A stretch of DNA of 64,000 bases. It comes from Eledone cirrhosa (lineage: Eukaryota). Below are positions 47,401 through 63,305 of this stretch, one piece after another. Where the stretch lies: the NCBI GenBank assembly GCA_964016885.1, contig OZ024755.1:11222001-11286000 (forward strand), given 5' to 3'. The translations under genes were made by a program, and so were the position numbers. The first letter of the stretch is position 1; the number at the start of each line of letters is the position of its first letter. Below the pieces are notes generated by a model, which saw only the letters and a program-made list of their open reading frames with translations, searched no databases and had not been told where the DNA came from.

Positions 47401-48038
47401 TAATATAGCATGGCAATTTACATACAAAGATTACAGTCATATTAAAGGACAAAGTTAAAGTTAAAATTAAAATTAAAATAAAATAAAACATTGGCAGTCT
47501 ACGAAGATAAAGCAAGAGGAAAGTTTCGAGTAGCCAGTGTATGCAACAGTCTCACGTGAGGCATGCACGCGTGTCCTATTTATACAAGATTATAGTGCTG
47601 CAGATTGTTACATGTAAAACAAGCACTCAAAGCAGACAATCAAGAGCATCATGGGGGCTGTATTGGTAAAGCATTTTTCACACACACCTGTATGATATAG
47701 AAGCCTGTGTGTAGAGAAACACCAAAAATATCAAAAATATTACAAATGAGAAGCAAAACAGCACCACTGTCCTCGCTTTCCTTCGTTCTTTCTCCCCTTT
47801 TCTCTCTGTTTTTTCTCACTCTCTCGACTGAATGCTCAGATCTGTACTCCACACCCAACCCCCCAAGTTTCACTTTCTCTGCCAACATGGAAAGAAGAAA
47901 TTCCATTTACATTTCGTCAATAAAAGATTTATTTTCTTCATTCATCATCAACTGGATTTTGTAAATCTCTTATTTAACTTCATTACCAAATATTCTGCAA
48001 AATAATCACGTGACACACAGACAAAATACGTGACTTAC

Positions 48039-50377
<2,339 letters not shown>

Positions 50378-51086
50378 TCATTATGTGTGTTTATAGTACA
50401 GCGGTGTATGGGCAAAATCGTTAGAGCGTTAGACAAAACACTTGCAGCATTTAGTTACGGTCCTTTAGTTCAAATCACACAAGTCGAGTTTGTTTTTCGT
50501 TCTTCTAGAATTCCACTCCTCTACCCGCCACTCCCGCAAAAAAAAAATGCTGTCCTGTGACTAAATTAGATACTATGACATATTTATGTTATGCTAACAT
50601 ATTTACGGCATAAATACGTTAAAGTTGGGTAGCAAAGATTATTTGCATCTTTTCAAAATATTTTGTTTTATGCTCTTTTATTTATATTTCGCTAGTGGTT
50701 GTGTTTAATGCTTTGTGTTTACCGATTAATATCATGTTAGTACTCGTTAAAAGTGACACACCAGATGTTTTTTAGAGAGGAGAAATATTTTCCCTGTCAC
50801 CGATTGAAAAGACAGTAACAGAAAAAGAATAGTTTCGTATATAAAGTGAAAAAAATGTATCTTTTAATTTATACATTACTTTGACAAAATATAAATAATA
50901 CTACATAAAATTCATTGTTGTAGCTTAGATTTTAAATGTTTAACACGTTTTTTGTTATTTTTAATAATACCTATAAACAAATGTTTTCTTTTTAATATAC
51001 GTGAATCTGGCTAAATGTCGTATCTTACATAAAAATGGAGAACTGTTTTCGAAAAAGAAGAGTAAAGTCACATATATTTTGTCATA

Positions 51087-51118
51087 ATGTCAGAAATAGA
51101 TGAATTAATTGACCAAAG
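51087..51118 (+). CDS. C2H2 zinc-finger gene, coding exon 1 (MSEIDELIDQ)
   Basis: ataATGtca, donor AG|gtatga; phase 2 matches the next exon. Confidence 0.65.
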
Positions 51119-52709
51119 GTATGACTGTGATACTTATACATTCGCTAAAATGTCTTAGAATATCTATAGATTTTTTTATGTGTTATAATTAGTATGTGAT
51201 CACAACGAGAATGCGATGATATAACTAGCGAGAGACTTTTCCATAATTTTGTTGTCAGTGACAATAGATCTCCTTTGAAGACAATATAATAATCGTCATG
51301 ATAATAATCGTCAGATTCGTTCTGCAGGTGCCGCTTACATACATACGTCATACACATATACACGATCCAAGGGAGTCTTGAATCTAGCCCGAACGCAATG
51401 AATACAGGCATCGGACAAAATATTCTGTTGTCAATAATACCTGATAATTTGATAGAGCCTGCTGTAACCTAGCGGTTCTCAGCCTGGATCTGAAGACCTC
51501 TGTGGATATAGAACTGTAGAATTGTGACTCGGGATCTAAGCTCAATGCTGCAGATATAATAAGCACGTGTTGTTGGGTGTTTAGTTCAGAATCGCGATGT
51601 GGTCGGTTCAATTCTTGAACCGGACATTACGTTGAGTGGAAAAAAAAAATTAAAAAAAACAGACAACTTTTCGCGCTGCTTCCGACTGCTCGGATGAACA
51701 TGTGTATCAGCGGCACCTGGTAGTTAAACCTTTCATGAGCTGGCGTCCTGCTCAATGAAAGAGTTTGTTGCACCCTCCTCAATCGTTTAACAACAATGAA
51801 ACCAGGATGAACTCAGGCCCGATGAGCCTCCGTGCTTGGGACACACTTTAGACTCTCTCACTGTTTAACAATACTGGAGAGATGAGTAATTGTAGCTGGA
51901 GGCCTGTAGAAGAATTTATTTTTAAAAAGGGGTGGAGCGTAGTGTAAAGAACCCTTGTAGCAATTTTCTCACAGACAAAGAATGTTTATTCAGTTGACTG
52001 TCTAGAAGCCTTATCCATTTCTAATATGAATTACAGTGTTGCTCTTTCATTAAGCATTTGTGCTCACATATCAATTGACCAAGCCCCCTGTCATGACAAG
52101 CAAAGGAATTGCTAAGTGATGTTTTGTGTTTGTTGGAGTCTATGGCGTTATACCAGAGAGATGAGAGAAGACCATCTGGTGTCAAAGAGTTATTAATAAG
52201 ATATATTCCATTTTGACATAGTTTTTACAGCTAGATGCTGTACCTAATGTCAGTCACTATACAATTATCATGGTACCAGCACTAAAGAAGTTGCTATGTC
52301 TACAGCATGACCGATGCGTCATTTCTACTCTATAGTGTTACTATTCAAGGGTTTTTTGTTATTGTTTTTTTCTGTCAGGTCACCCTACATTAATTATTTT
52401 GCTTCATCTACCAAAATTAGTTGTTCTCTATTAAATTTAGTTTGTTGCAAACATCATATGCAAAGTGAAAAGAGTCCTTCATTCAAGAGTTAATTTAGTC
52501 ACAGAAAAAAAATTGCTAAATACACTTTTCATCTACTATTTATCTCTTTGTGTTAAATTTTTTTTCTTTTCACTGCTTTGGAACTATTCACTGACAGCTA
52601 CATTGTAATTTACTTGCCAGTCCAGTACATTTATTATATTTTACTTCCTATTCTGATTTGTTTAACTTATTATGTACAATTAAATTCTATGAACTTTATC
52701 TATTTTCAG

Positions 52710-52810
52710 TGGTGAAAAAGATTATTTTATTGAATTTTCAGACTCTGTTGGATTAGACCAGCGTCGCCAATATATAGATGATCTTCTAGAGTCTTTACAC
52801 AAACAAGCTG
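52710..52810 (+). CDS. C2H2 zinc-finger gene, exon 2 (GEKDYFIEFSDSVGLDQRRQYIDDLLESLHKQA)
   Basis: tattttcag| acceptor, G|gtaaga donor, open frame, phase 2 to 1. Confidence 0.82.
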
Positions 52811-53021
52811 GTAAGAAAGATCTGAATATTATTTTCATATATTTTATTTTAACTTTATTCTCTTTTACTTTAGACAGCAAATTAGCAGTCATTAGAACAG
52901 TGTATTAAATGCCATATGTATATATATATATATATATATAATCAGGATAGAACCTATATAAAACTAGTTAGACCATTACTCAACAGAGTACTCGATTCTT
53001 GAGGTAGTAGAGTATGACTAT

Positions 53022-53140
53022 ATTACAAAGAGTCAGGAATCGATGGCTGAGATCTTGCCATTTCAACAGCTAGTTCCAGAGTCTGGAAATAGCTGTCAAA
53101 ATGGCAAAAGCTCACCTATCAGGTCCCTACTCTTTATAAT
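53022..53140. repeat. Imperfect fold-back of a Penelope-like end (family of 17990 and 31507) in ZNF intron 2
   Basis: Arms of about 59 bp around ttccaga g tctggaa. Confidence 0.65.
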
Positions 53141-53205
53141 ATATATATATATATCGAATGGAAAACAAAAAAAATCAGTGATGCATCGGAACTCAATTTA
53201 TTGTG

Positions 53206-53292
53206 TGTTACAATTGTTTCCCCGGCGAACAGCTTGAGGTGCGATCCGTGTGTGGATCTACCTGACTCTAGACTCGCAGGTTCCTCGGACAT
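53206..53292 (-). ncRNA. Type I hammerhead motif, CCGAGGA core, extended stem II
   Basis: Reverse complement tgt-CCGAGGA-a-cctgcgag...gatcc acacac ggatc...ttcgccggg-GAAA-caattg-TA-aca. Confidence 0.6.
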
Positions 53293-53368
53293 GTCTATTG
53301 ACTTCGGAGCATATCCTCTTTCTCTGCATTCCGCCTATGGAAGCATCTTAGCTACCATTAGACATATA

Positions 53369-53698
53369 TCATCATCATCATCATTTTACGTCCGCTTTTC
53401 CCTGCTTGCAAGGGTGGGACGGGAACTGATTTTGGCTTGATTTCTACAGCTGGATGCCCTTCCTAACACCAACCTCATTTACAGTGAGTGCTGGGTGCTT
53501 TTTTGCTGTGGCACCTCCACGACCACTTTTGCAGTGGAATGATATGAACCCCAGTCCCTATCATCTCATTTCTACAGCTGAGTAAACTGGAGCAATGTGA
53601 AATAAAGTGTCTTGCTCAAGGAAACAACACATCACCCGGTCTGAGAATTGAACTCACAACCTTTCGATTGCAAGGCCAATGCTCTAACCACTAAGCCA
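53369..53698 (-). mobile_element. Composite SINE, paralogue of 40497-40815
   Basis: Direct similarity; (ATG)n tail. Confidence 0.8.
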
Positions 53699-53983
53699 TA
53701 TATATATATATATATAAATGAAAGAGCTGGGAGCCCCTATCATTAAAACATTTTAGATTGCATCTTTTATGAGGCCAGGCCATCTAAACTTAAATAGATG
53801 TGAGTGGTAGTAACAATATTAAAGCCTACGATCATTGCCACATTATCCCTTCACTTATATAACATTGCTGAAACAACAGTGTTATACTGAATCAACATTA
53901 CATTGCTATATAGCAACATCATTGTGTTGTTATACAACATTACAGTGCTATATAACACTTCTCTCTATTTTCTTCTGTTTCAG

Positions 53984-54056
53984 TTTCCTCTTCCCTTGAG
54001 TTAAACCCTTCCTTCTTTACAACTGTAGTTCAACAGACATATGTTACTTCTAACTG
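53984..54056 (+). CDS. C2H2 zinc-finger gene, exon 3 (VSSSLELNPSFFTTVVQQTYVTSNC)
   Basis: tcttctgtttcag| acceptor, TG|gtaagt donor, open frame, phase 1 to 2. Confidence 0.82.
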
Positions 54057-54499
54057 GTAAGTTTTTTCACTAAATTAAAATCTATGTAACTATGTGTGTG
54101 TCTCTCTCTCTCTCTCATATAAATATATATATTAAGGTGTAGGAATTATAGCATCATTATATATATATATATATATATTGAACAATGAAAACAAAATTAG
54201 AAATAATGAACTAATTAAGCACTAAAGTTTGCTTTCAGTTGCCGTTCAATATATATGTATAACTCCGTAGCTTGTTTGAATGCTCAACAAAATCTAATAT
54301 AATGATATCCTACTACAAAATAAATATCTCTTATCGCCTGATCTTGTTGGAATTTTTATTTCCGTAATACATGAAGTTCTAATTGCATTATTGGCCCTTC
54401 CATTGACAGGTAGAAACCAGTGAATATATTTATATATATAGGGGCCACAACAAAAGCACACATTCCTCCCTGTAATGTAGTAGTGCTGGTGTCACAATA

Positions 54500-54855
54500 A
54501 AATGTTTGGAGAGAAACAAAGTGAGAATGTTCCATTAGATGTGTAATGTTAATGTGCATGAATGGTGTAGCTGAGAGAAAAACTGGGCAAAAGTGGAATC
54601 CGATGCTGTGTGCAAGAGAAAAGACTGCATTTGTATGGATGATGATCATTGGGTGAAAAAGTGCAAGGACATCCTAGTGGAAGGAAGCTGCAGAAGAAAA
54701 ACTTAGACTGAAATAGAGCTGATCTCAAAACACTGAACCTTACTGAAGAGAAGATGAAGAAATACATACAAGAAGTGGGGAAAGCTGCGCTGGAGAAAAC
54801 CCATTTAACCCATACATACATACATAGAAAATGGGCAAAAATGATGATGATGATA
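54500..54855 (+). mobile_element. Degenerate RTE LINE 3' end in ZNF intron 3
   Basis: LERNKVRMFH*MCNV, LREKLG, VQEKRL, MDDDHWVKKC; (ATG)n tail. Confidence 0.65.
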
Positions 54856-54942
54856 TATGTGTTTATATATGTATATTTTCATAGATGTATGCATATGTAT
54901 TACTGTATTTATAAATGACTTCTCACAATTATATCTCTGCAG

Positions 54943-56194
54943 CAAATATACACCTGTCTATCAAACACAGACTTCAGAAGAAAAACTTCACAAATGCAAG
55001 ATATGTCAGAAGTCATTCTCAGAATTGTCTCTTTTACAAGAACACAAGAAAACACACCAAACAGAAAAACAGTTGAATTGCACAACATGCAGTAAGAAAT
55101 TTTCTAACAGCCACCAGCTTGAATTACACCAACGAATACACTCACGGGAACAGCCATTCCTTTGTAGTTTCTGTGGCAAGAAATTTACACTTAATAGTAC
55201 TTTAAAGTCCCATGAGAGGATTCACACTGGGGAAAAGCCATACAGCTGCAATATTTGTGGCTTTCATTTCTCTCAGCTGAATATTCTTTCAGCTCACAAA
55301 AGAAAACATGCCAACAAAGCAGCTTACAAATGCGAGGTTTGTGCCAAGAATTTTTCCAGTAAAAGTAGTTTACAGAGTCATGCCATAACACATACAGGTG
55401 CAAAGCCGTTCCAGTGCGATACATGTGATAAGAAATTTGGTATTCTCTGTAACCTGAAAAGGCATATACGCACCCATAAAGGGGAGAAACCATTCCATTG
55501 CGAAATTTGTGGTAAAAACTTTACTCAGAGTACCAGTCTACAGGAACACAAGAGATGCCATACAGGAGAAAAGCCATTTCTTTGCAAACACTGCACCAAG
55601 AGATTTGCACGCAAAAGAGACCTCTTACAACATGAACGAACTCACACAGGTGAAAAACCCTATCCATGTAAAACTTGTGGTAAAAGTTTCTCACAGATTA
55701 CCCTACTGAAAACCCATGAGAGGTCACACACTGGACTAAAACCTTTTAGCTGTGATATATGTAACAAGAACTTTACACAACAAAGTAATTTGCAAGTACA
55801 CAAGATGAGTCACATGGAGAAAAAACAATATAACTGTAACATATGTGGCAAATACTTCTCTCAATCAAGCAGTCTTCAACAACACAAGATTCGGCATAAT
55901 GGACAACAGCCTTTTCATTGTAATGTCTGTGGTAAGAACTTTAACGTGAAAGGTAACTTACAGAGACATAGCAGAATACACAGAGGTGAAAAACCATTCC
56001 GCTGTGAGGTCTGCAACAAAGATTTCTCTCAAAGTAACAGCCTTCAAGAACATCAGAGAAGACACAATAATGAGAAACCATTTTCCTGTGTTTCATGTCA
56101 ACAACAATTTTTTGTGAAAAGTGCTTTAACTGCTCATCAGAAAAACTGTAATAATGAACATGTAATTCTGTGCCTTATAGTTGGTAACTCATGA
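54943..56194 (+). CDS. C2H2 zinc-finger gene, terminal exon: 13 C2H2 fingers plus 1 C2HC finger; spliced protein 485 aa
   Basis: Tandem C-x2-C-x12-H-x3-H with TGEKP-type linkers; atctctgcag| acceptor in phase 2; exon lengths 32+101+73+1252 = 1458 nt. Confidence 0.96.
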
Positions 56195-58094
56195 AATGCT
56201 TATGAAAAACATGAATTTCAGGTTTAAACCTTTTCATACAACCCAACTGAAATCATGCTCGGTTGTTTTAAAGTCTTTATATGTAAATTAAAGCCTTCCA
56301 TCTCAACATTTTGTAAAGTAAACATATTAAAAATGACAAAATTAGTTGGTTACTAACTTCTTTCATATTTTTTGTTATTTTCAAAGTAAATTGAAACACA
56401 TTGGCAGTGTATTTCATTAGGAGGGACACAGCATCTCTGAATGGCTTTATAATTCATTAGGTTTAATCACTCTGCATGGCATCTTGGGTGAATGTCATTT
56501 ACCACACATAGCCTCTGATAAACCCATGCCTTTTGAGGAAAACTGGATAGATAGGAAGACAGAAACTGTTTGCTAGCCCTTCTGATGAACTGTACCTGTA
56601 TGTCAAATGGCCAATTTTCTCAAACATGCTGAATCTCCCTAAGAATTATGTTATGGGTGCACATGTCTGTGGAATGCTCAGCCACTTACATCTTAATTTC
56701 AAGAGCAGGCTATTTTAAAGTAAAGCAATCTCCATCAAAACCAATGGAGGTTCATTCCTCAGCAAGAGTTTACAAGTGCTTACTGATTAAATGAAACATT
56801 AAAAAAGAATTTTTTATATAAATTTATACCACAGTCGTTATCAATGTTTTCATATATTTATTATACAATCATATTCATCGCTGTCATTTATGTATTTATT
56901 TTGGTTTTCATTGTTAGAGAATGTTACAGTCAATTAATTTGACTTCTGTTGTCATTATCATCTTAATATTATCCAAGGTATACTGTAGTTCAAACATAAT
57001 GGATGATCACCACTACATTACATTTGGTCATAGGTCTGCTCAATCATAGCTAACTTGAGACTAGATAATAGCATCAACTCGTTATAATCCTTTCATTATT
57101 GTATTTCTAATGAAAGACTCTCCCTAACATTTTAAAACTATTTAGAAAGCTTTAGTAAAATAACTAACTTTCTTATTACTTCATATTTGAAGCATAGCTT
57201 AAGAAAGATTCTTACATAAAATTGTGGTGGGAGAATTTTAATTAAATATAAAATGCTTCAAAATAAACAGGCTTGAACATAGAACTAGGGGGGTGTTCAG
57301 GGGCCTGTGATCAGTGAAGGATTTCTATAGTCTATTGGACTACAACGTAGCAAATCATGTTATGTATTCAGAATGAAACTAAAAAAACACCTATGTTTGG
57401 TAATGAGATTCACAATCATACAGATCACTATCATCATCATCATAATTGTCATTATAACATCTGCTTTCCTTTCAAAAATAATACCCAAGAATCTTTCCAG
57501 GTCTATAGCCCAAATCATTTTATCCAAACAATCAGTTATAGATATTAGATATGAAGGCACATGGCTTTATGAGTAGAGTATTTGGCTCATGATTGCAAGA
57601 CCATGAGTTCAATTCCCAGTCATGTATTGTCATTGAGTGAGACAATTTATTTCACATTGCTTGAGTCCTCTCAGCTGGTAAAGATGAGCGGTATCTGTAA
57701 TGTAAAAGGTTAACCTTTTTACACACGGTGTCATGCTGAATCTTTCTGAGAAGTACATTAAGAGTATACATATCTGTGGAATACTCTGCTACTTTTACAT
57801 TAATTTCATAAGCAGGCTGTTTCATTGTACAAACCACTGGAAACATTTCTCAGCAGAGCCAACAGAGGTCCAACATACACTGACTTACATGTACCAAAAG
57901 ACATGATATGTTATCAGTCATTCCAAGCCCCATGGAAGATAAATTTAAACCAAGAAAGATCATTAGTCTATTGTAACTGGCATTTTTACACATACTGATA
58001 ATTTTTACGAACTGGTGAAACAATAGTTACACTCCTCACTTCAATATATACCACACTATCAAAAGAAAAAATGTTCTCTCCTTGGATATATATC

Positions 58095-58278
58095 CAAATG
58101 CAGGGCTTTCTCATTTCTGTTAGAGGAACCCCTCTCTGGTGTCTACTCTGTCACTAATAGTCCATCCATCTCTGACATGACCAGCCCATCTTGGTGGTCT
58201 CTATGTCCTTCAGTCTACTGTCGAATCCAGGTGTTCTTCCTCTTGTCAGGTGAGGTGATGCCAAGCATGATTCGCTCT
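58095..58278 (-). mobile_element. Degenerate RTE LINE fragment
   Basis: ERIMLGITSPDKRKNTWIRQ*...WAGHV. Confidence 0.65.
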
Positions 58279-58854
58279 TATTTTTTTACGTTGTGCCACT
58301 ACAATTTGACACGTATATAGCACCATGTATGTATATAAAACTCCGCCTAATTTCTAGGTAAAATAGAATATTTGAAATGTCTATTAGTTATCTTGTCTCC
58401 CTTACATTATAACGATAAATGTAAGGGAGACAACTAAAAAACTTGTTTTTCATTGTTAAACAATGTAACCTCGATAGCGGTGTGGAACAAGCTGACACAG
58501 AAATAGTTAGCATATTTGATCCCAGCAAACTGCGATTCAATCCCCACACCTACACTGGGTATTACATTCGCTTTCTCACAAGGCCGCAATAACACAAAGG
58601 GAAAATATAATGTACCTGCTTTGCTTTTTAAGCGCTTATCTTGGATTACATTATTCGGTATCTCTTTACGGTAATAGAGTATGATTGGTTACTATTTCTA
58701 ATGGGTACACCAATCATGTAGAAACATTAAAGTAATAACACGAATGGATCCCAGATTTATCGTATATACGTGAACAGTCAATCTACTAGAAACACTAACT
58801 ATACATAAATATATTTATACACCGACACAAACACATACGTACGTGTATACATGA

Positions 58855-59260
58855 TGATGGCTGCCTCCTCGTTATTGAGTATGGCCATTGCACGATATAC
58901 CATTATTAATAATTATTAATTAATTCTATCGTGCAATGCCTGTGCATGAAGATATTTTTTAAAGTGAGGAAAGACTGTGCACTGAACCAATCCCACTCTC
59001 TGAGCGACAGTAGCTATAACCCGAAAAGATGAAGAGATCAACATCATCGGTAACTACTGATACTAGGTTTTATATCGGAGTTATCCCAGTTTCCTGAGTT
59101 GCCTTCTCCTAGAAGAATTCCTGACACTCCCAGTGGTTTAACCGTGCCGTACATGTGTATATACATATTTACACACTTTTGGATGGCCGTTGACTCTTAT
59201 GAGTTCTTCCGCCCTTTGTCAGGTTTTGTTTTTTGTCCTGCAGGGTGTCCAAAATCACCG
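58855..59260 (-). mobile_element. 5'-truncated family A element
   Basis: ttttggatggccgttgactct...cctgcagggtgtccaaa matches 7465-7545; end matches 2891. Confidence 0.7.
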
Positions 59261-59319
59261 TGCATACATACATACATACATACTCACATACATACATACA
59301 TACAATGTATGTATGTATG

Positions 59320-60370
59320 TAACATTGAAGCAACACCTTCAACAGAGGAAAAAAGTTGGCAACCATCTTGCCCAGGTTTATGAGCATGAACAAAAATATA
59401 TCATTAGAATGGCCACTGATCTGGAGGAGAGATACGGAATAAAGCCTGATATTAATCTCTCACCCAGAGAAATCGGAAGATCCTATTCAATGTTCAAACA
59501 AGATGAAAAAATTGACCAATTTACAGAAAAAGTTGTGCATGGATACTTGAGACGTAAAACACAGACCATAGAGAGGATAAACCACTCAAAAAGCCTGGCA
59601 TGGAGTTCCGACAAGTTTATGACATCACACCTTGGGGGATATCTCTATGCAATACAGGAACAAGAACTCCCTACCAAATATCTGCTGCACAAAAGGGGAG
59701 GGCCATCAGCTGACAATAAATGTAGGCTATGTAAAACAAAGATCGAGGATGTAAGCCACATTGTTGCCGGCTGCGAAAGAATGTCATCTCGTTACTACCT
59801 CCCCATGAGACACGATGGGATAGCTAGAACCATCTGGAACGCACTTCGGAAAACAAGATTAACAAACGAGGAAGAATATATTGAGACAGATGGCACTAAG
59901 GAATACTGGTGGAACCTGAAAATAAAAACTGCCACCAAATTAAAGCACAACCGGCCTGATATTGTTGTTTGGGACCACCCATTGAAAACGTGTTCTGTTG
60001 TGGAGATCAGCTGCCCACTTGATGTAAACGTTGTCAGAAAAATACAGTAGGAGGAGGACATCTACGGACCATTGATGATGAGTTTACAAATCCAGTATCC
60101 AAGATACACCTTTAGCTTCATACCCATCATTATTGGAGCTACGGGTTATATACCAACCCGCTTGGACCAAAGTATGACTGAACTTGGATTTGCGGACAAA
60201 GAGCGCAGCTCCCTAATTCATAGTCTACAAATGGCTGCGATAGCTGGCACCTTCAAAATTTGCAAAACATTCTTGCGATTCAAGGGATGACAATTTCTTT
60301 TTTTTTACAACCTTGCCACCAGGAAGGTGGCCGGTCAAAAAAATATACTCGAAATTAAGAGAAAGAGATA
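59320..60370 (+). mobile_element. 5'-truncated R4/Dong-clade non-LTR retrotransposon (restriction-like endonuclease)
   Basis: HGYL...AIQEQELPT, CCHC knuckle CRLC..EDVSHIVAGC, RHD, HNRPDIVVWD...VEISCP, then after one in-frame stop (60048) FIPIIIGATG. Confidence 0.9.
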
Positions 60371-60819
60371 ACATACATACACAATATATATAGTTTTCGT
60401 GAATCAAAGATCAACATCAGTTTCAAACATACCAAAACAAAAGGTCCAAACACTTTCCAAATATCAGACATTTGGAAATGTTATGTTGAAATAAACTATG
60501 TAGGGAAGATGAATGAGAAATAGCTTCTATGTTCTTTCGGGGGAAAGTTGACAGAACCAATTCAACCTAGTCTAAATGGACGTTTTACATGCACTTCATA
60601 TACAATAGCATATTTCCATACACTCAGGTGAACATATGATATATTCAAAGTGTGTAAAACATACATGTGACGGAGGCGCGTGACCTAGTGGTAAGGGTGT
60701 TAGACTTAAGATCATAATACCGTGAGTTCGATTCCTGGATTGGAATGTGTGTTGTGTTCTTGAGCAAACATTTCATACCACGTTTCTCCAGTATACTCAG
60801 CTGAAAATGAGTAGCAGCA

Positions 60820-61590
60820 ACTGCTGACCTTGGCTTTGGAGATGATATTGTGGCCATAGCCCAAAATACATCTGACTATCTAATAAATAAAATAGTGTCA
60901 TATACAGCCCACATCGACCTCTTCATCAGTGTTAAAAAGGCCCAAAACATGTTAGTTGGTATTCATCCATCACCAACAAACATCTGCATCGATCAGAAGA
61001 AAATGGAGGTTGTGGACGACTTCCCCTACCTCGGAAGCCAACAGAAGTGGAAACATGACGAAAGAAATTAATTGCAGAATAGACAAGCCTCCGGCTACCT
61101 TTAAGAAACTCAACAAGATCTGGAGAAGCAAAATACTTTCCCTTGATACCGAGATGAAACTCTACAACAGTAATGTTATCTCAGCTCTCTTGAATGGTTG
61201 CGAAACGTGGTGTGAAGACCAGCCAAGAGAATCAATTAGCTGCTTTTGACACAAAATGTCTACGTAAAATCCTTGGCATCTGGTGGACTAACATCGTAAC
61301 CAATAAAGAGGCCTGTCAACGAACCCTCCAATAACATGTGTCTAATATCATGTGCAAGAGTCGACTTGTCTGGTTGGAAAACACGTCACACGACTCCCAA
61401 GTGAAAGACATGCTAATCTAGTCCTGTATTTGAAAGAGACGAAGTAGACGTTCCAAGATGAACTGGCGGCAGTCGATCGACTGGAACTTGAAAGTTGGAA
61501 CGATGTATTGATAAATACAACTGACCGTAATCAGTGAGGCCCTTTGACAGCCACATGCGCCTGAAGATACGATAGTGTGTAAGCTAAGGT
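60820..61590 (+). mobile_element. Degenerate RTE LINE (RT domain 5 to the 3' end)
   Basis: DLGFGDDIV, EVVDDFPYLGS, KLYNSNVISALLNGCETW, CLRKILGIWW. Confidence 0.85.
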
Positions 61591-61666
61591 AATTGGCCTT
61601 TTCAGTAAATCTGAGCGAACACTTGTTTCACATCTTTCAAACCTAATTGAAAATCATTGATATAAA

Positions 61667-61924
61667 CAGGACCGGATTTAATGGGGTGCAAAGGCCTCAG
61701 GCCCCATACAGGGGGGGGGGGGGGACAGCAACGGCCGTAGCAATTTGTTTGTGCCCTCAGCTAGGCTTTTTAGTCCTAGGATGGTTAGATTTTTTAAATT
61801 CAATACCTGTATGTGTAATTCCAATTATTTGCGCCAAGCTAACTTTGACAAGTAAAATTGGGGTGATTTACTGTGTGTTGTAATTTTTGTATATGAAGGG
61901 CTCCAAGGTCTAAATTTAACCCTG
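61667..61924. mobile_element. Possible hAT-type MITE
   Basis: caggaccggattta ... taaatttaaccctg degenerate TIRs; no TSD match. Confidence 0.35.
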
Positions 61925-62339
61925 GTAACATAAAAGGGTTAAGTATCATTACTCTTATTTGATGTAGAAAAGTCAGAGAAGAATTGTAGTTATTGCTAAG
62001 AATTTGAGGTTAAGCAAAACTGTATAGACACATTTTTCAACGAGGCGTCAGTGGTAGGAACGACTCTTTGTGTGTGTGTGTGTGTGTGTGTGTGTGAGTG
62101 TGTGTGAGTCTGGGTGTGTGTCTGGGTGTGTGTGAGTCTCTGTCTGTATGTGTGTGTGTCTGTTTGGGTATATATGAGTCTGTGTGTGTATGTTTAACAT
62201 TCATAAGCAGCGATAAAAGAATTTCGAGCCTACAATCTAAAGTAATGTGTTTTCAACTGATTAGTTGACAGTTGCATATACATGGAGGATGATAAAATAT
62301 CAGTGTGGGTCTATTAGTATTCACTTAATCAACAGCAGG

Positions 62340-63305
62340 GGGCGCTGCAATTAAGACAACAAACATATCCCCAACACAATGACGACAGCAACTGTAGCAG
62401 TGAGAGAAAACAACAATAACAACAGCGGCAACCGCAACAACAATAACAACGACAGCAGCAGCATCATCACCAACAACAACAGCAGCAGCAACAACAGTAA
62501 AGACGACAACAACATCATCGTCAACAATTAGAATAACATCAACAACAGGAAAACCAATTACAACAACAACAAGGAAAACAGTGAGAAGTAACAACAACAC
62601 CATCAACAACAACAACTACTACAACAACAGTGAGACAACAACAACAACAATGGCAGTAGCAACACCAACAACGAGGTAGCAACATCAACAACAACAGTGA
62701 GAGATGTAACAACAATAACAATAACAACAACTGTGAGAGATGTAACACCAACAACAGCACCAACAATAACAACTGTGAGAGAGGTAACATCAACAAAAAC
62801 AACACCAATAACAACACCACCACCAACAACAGTGAAAGAGGTAACATCAACAAAAACAACAACAATAACAACACCAACAATAACAACAACAACAGTGAAA
62901 GAGGTAACATCAACAAAAACAACAACAACAACAACACCAACAATAACAATAACAACAACAGTGAAAGAGGTAACATCAACAAAAACAACAACAACAATAA
63001 CAACAACTGTGAAAGGTAACATCAACAAAAACAAAAACAACAACAACAACAACACCAACAATAACAATAACAACAACAACAGTGAAAGAGGTAACATCAA
63101 CAAAAACAACAACAACAATAACAACAACTGTGAGAGGTAACATCAACAAAAACATCACCAACAACACCAACAATAACAACAACAACTGTAAGAGAGGTAA
63201 CACCAACAAAAACAACAACAACAATAACAACAACAATAACAACAACAATTAGAGATGTAACAACAACAACAACAGTGAGAAAGATAGCAATAACTCAGCA
63301 ACGAC
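62340..63305. repeat. (CAA)n-derived minisatellite with recurring gtgaaagaggtaacatc
   Basis: Direct reading. Confidence 0.92.

Noticed and set aside
54857-54942. N-terminus of the 445-aa ORF (MCLYMYIF...)
   Set aside because: Intronic read-through; a phase-compatible acceptor lies at 54941-54942.
62325-63248. Mucin-like Thr-rich and poly-Leu/Val ORFs
   Set aside because: (CAA)n minisatellite with frameshifting units and no splice support.
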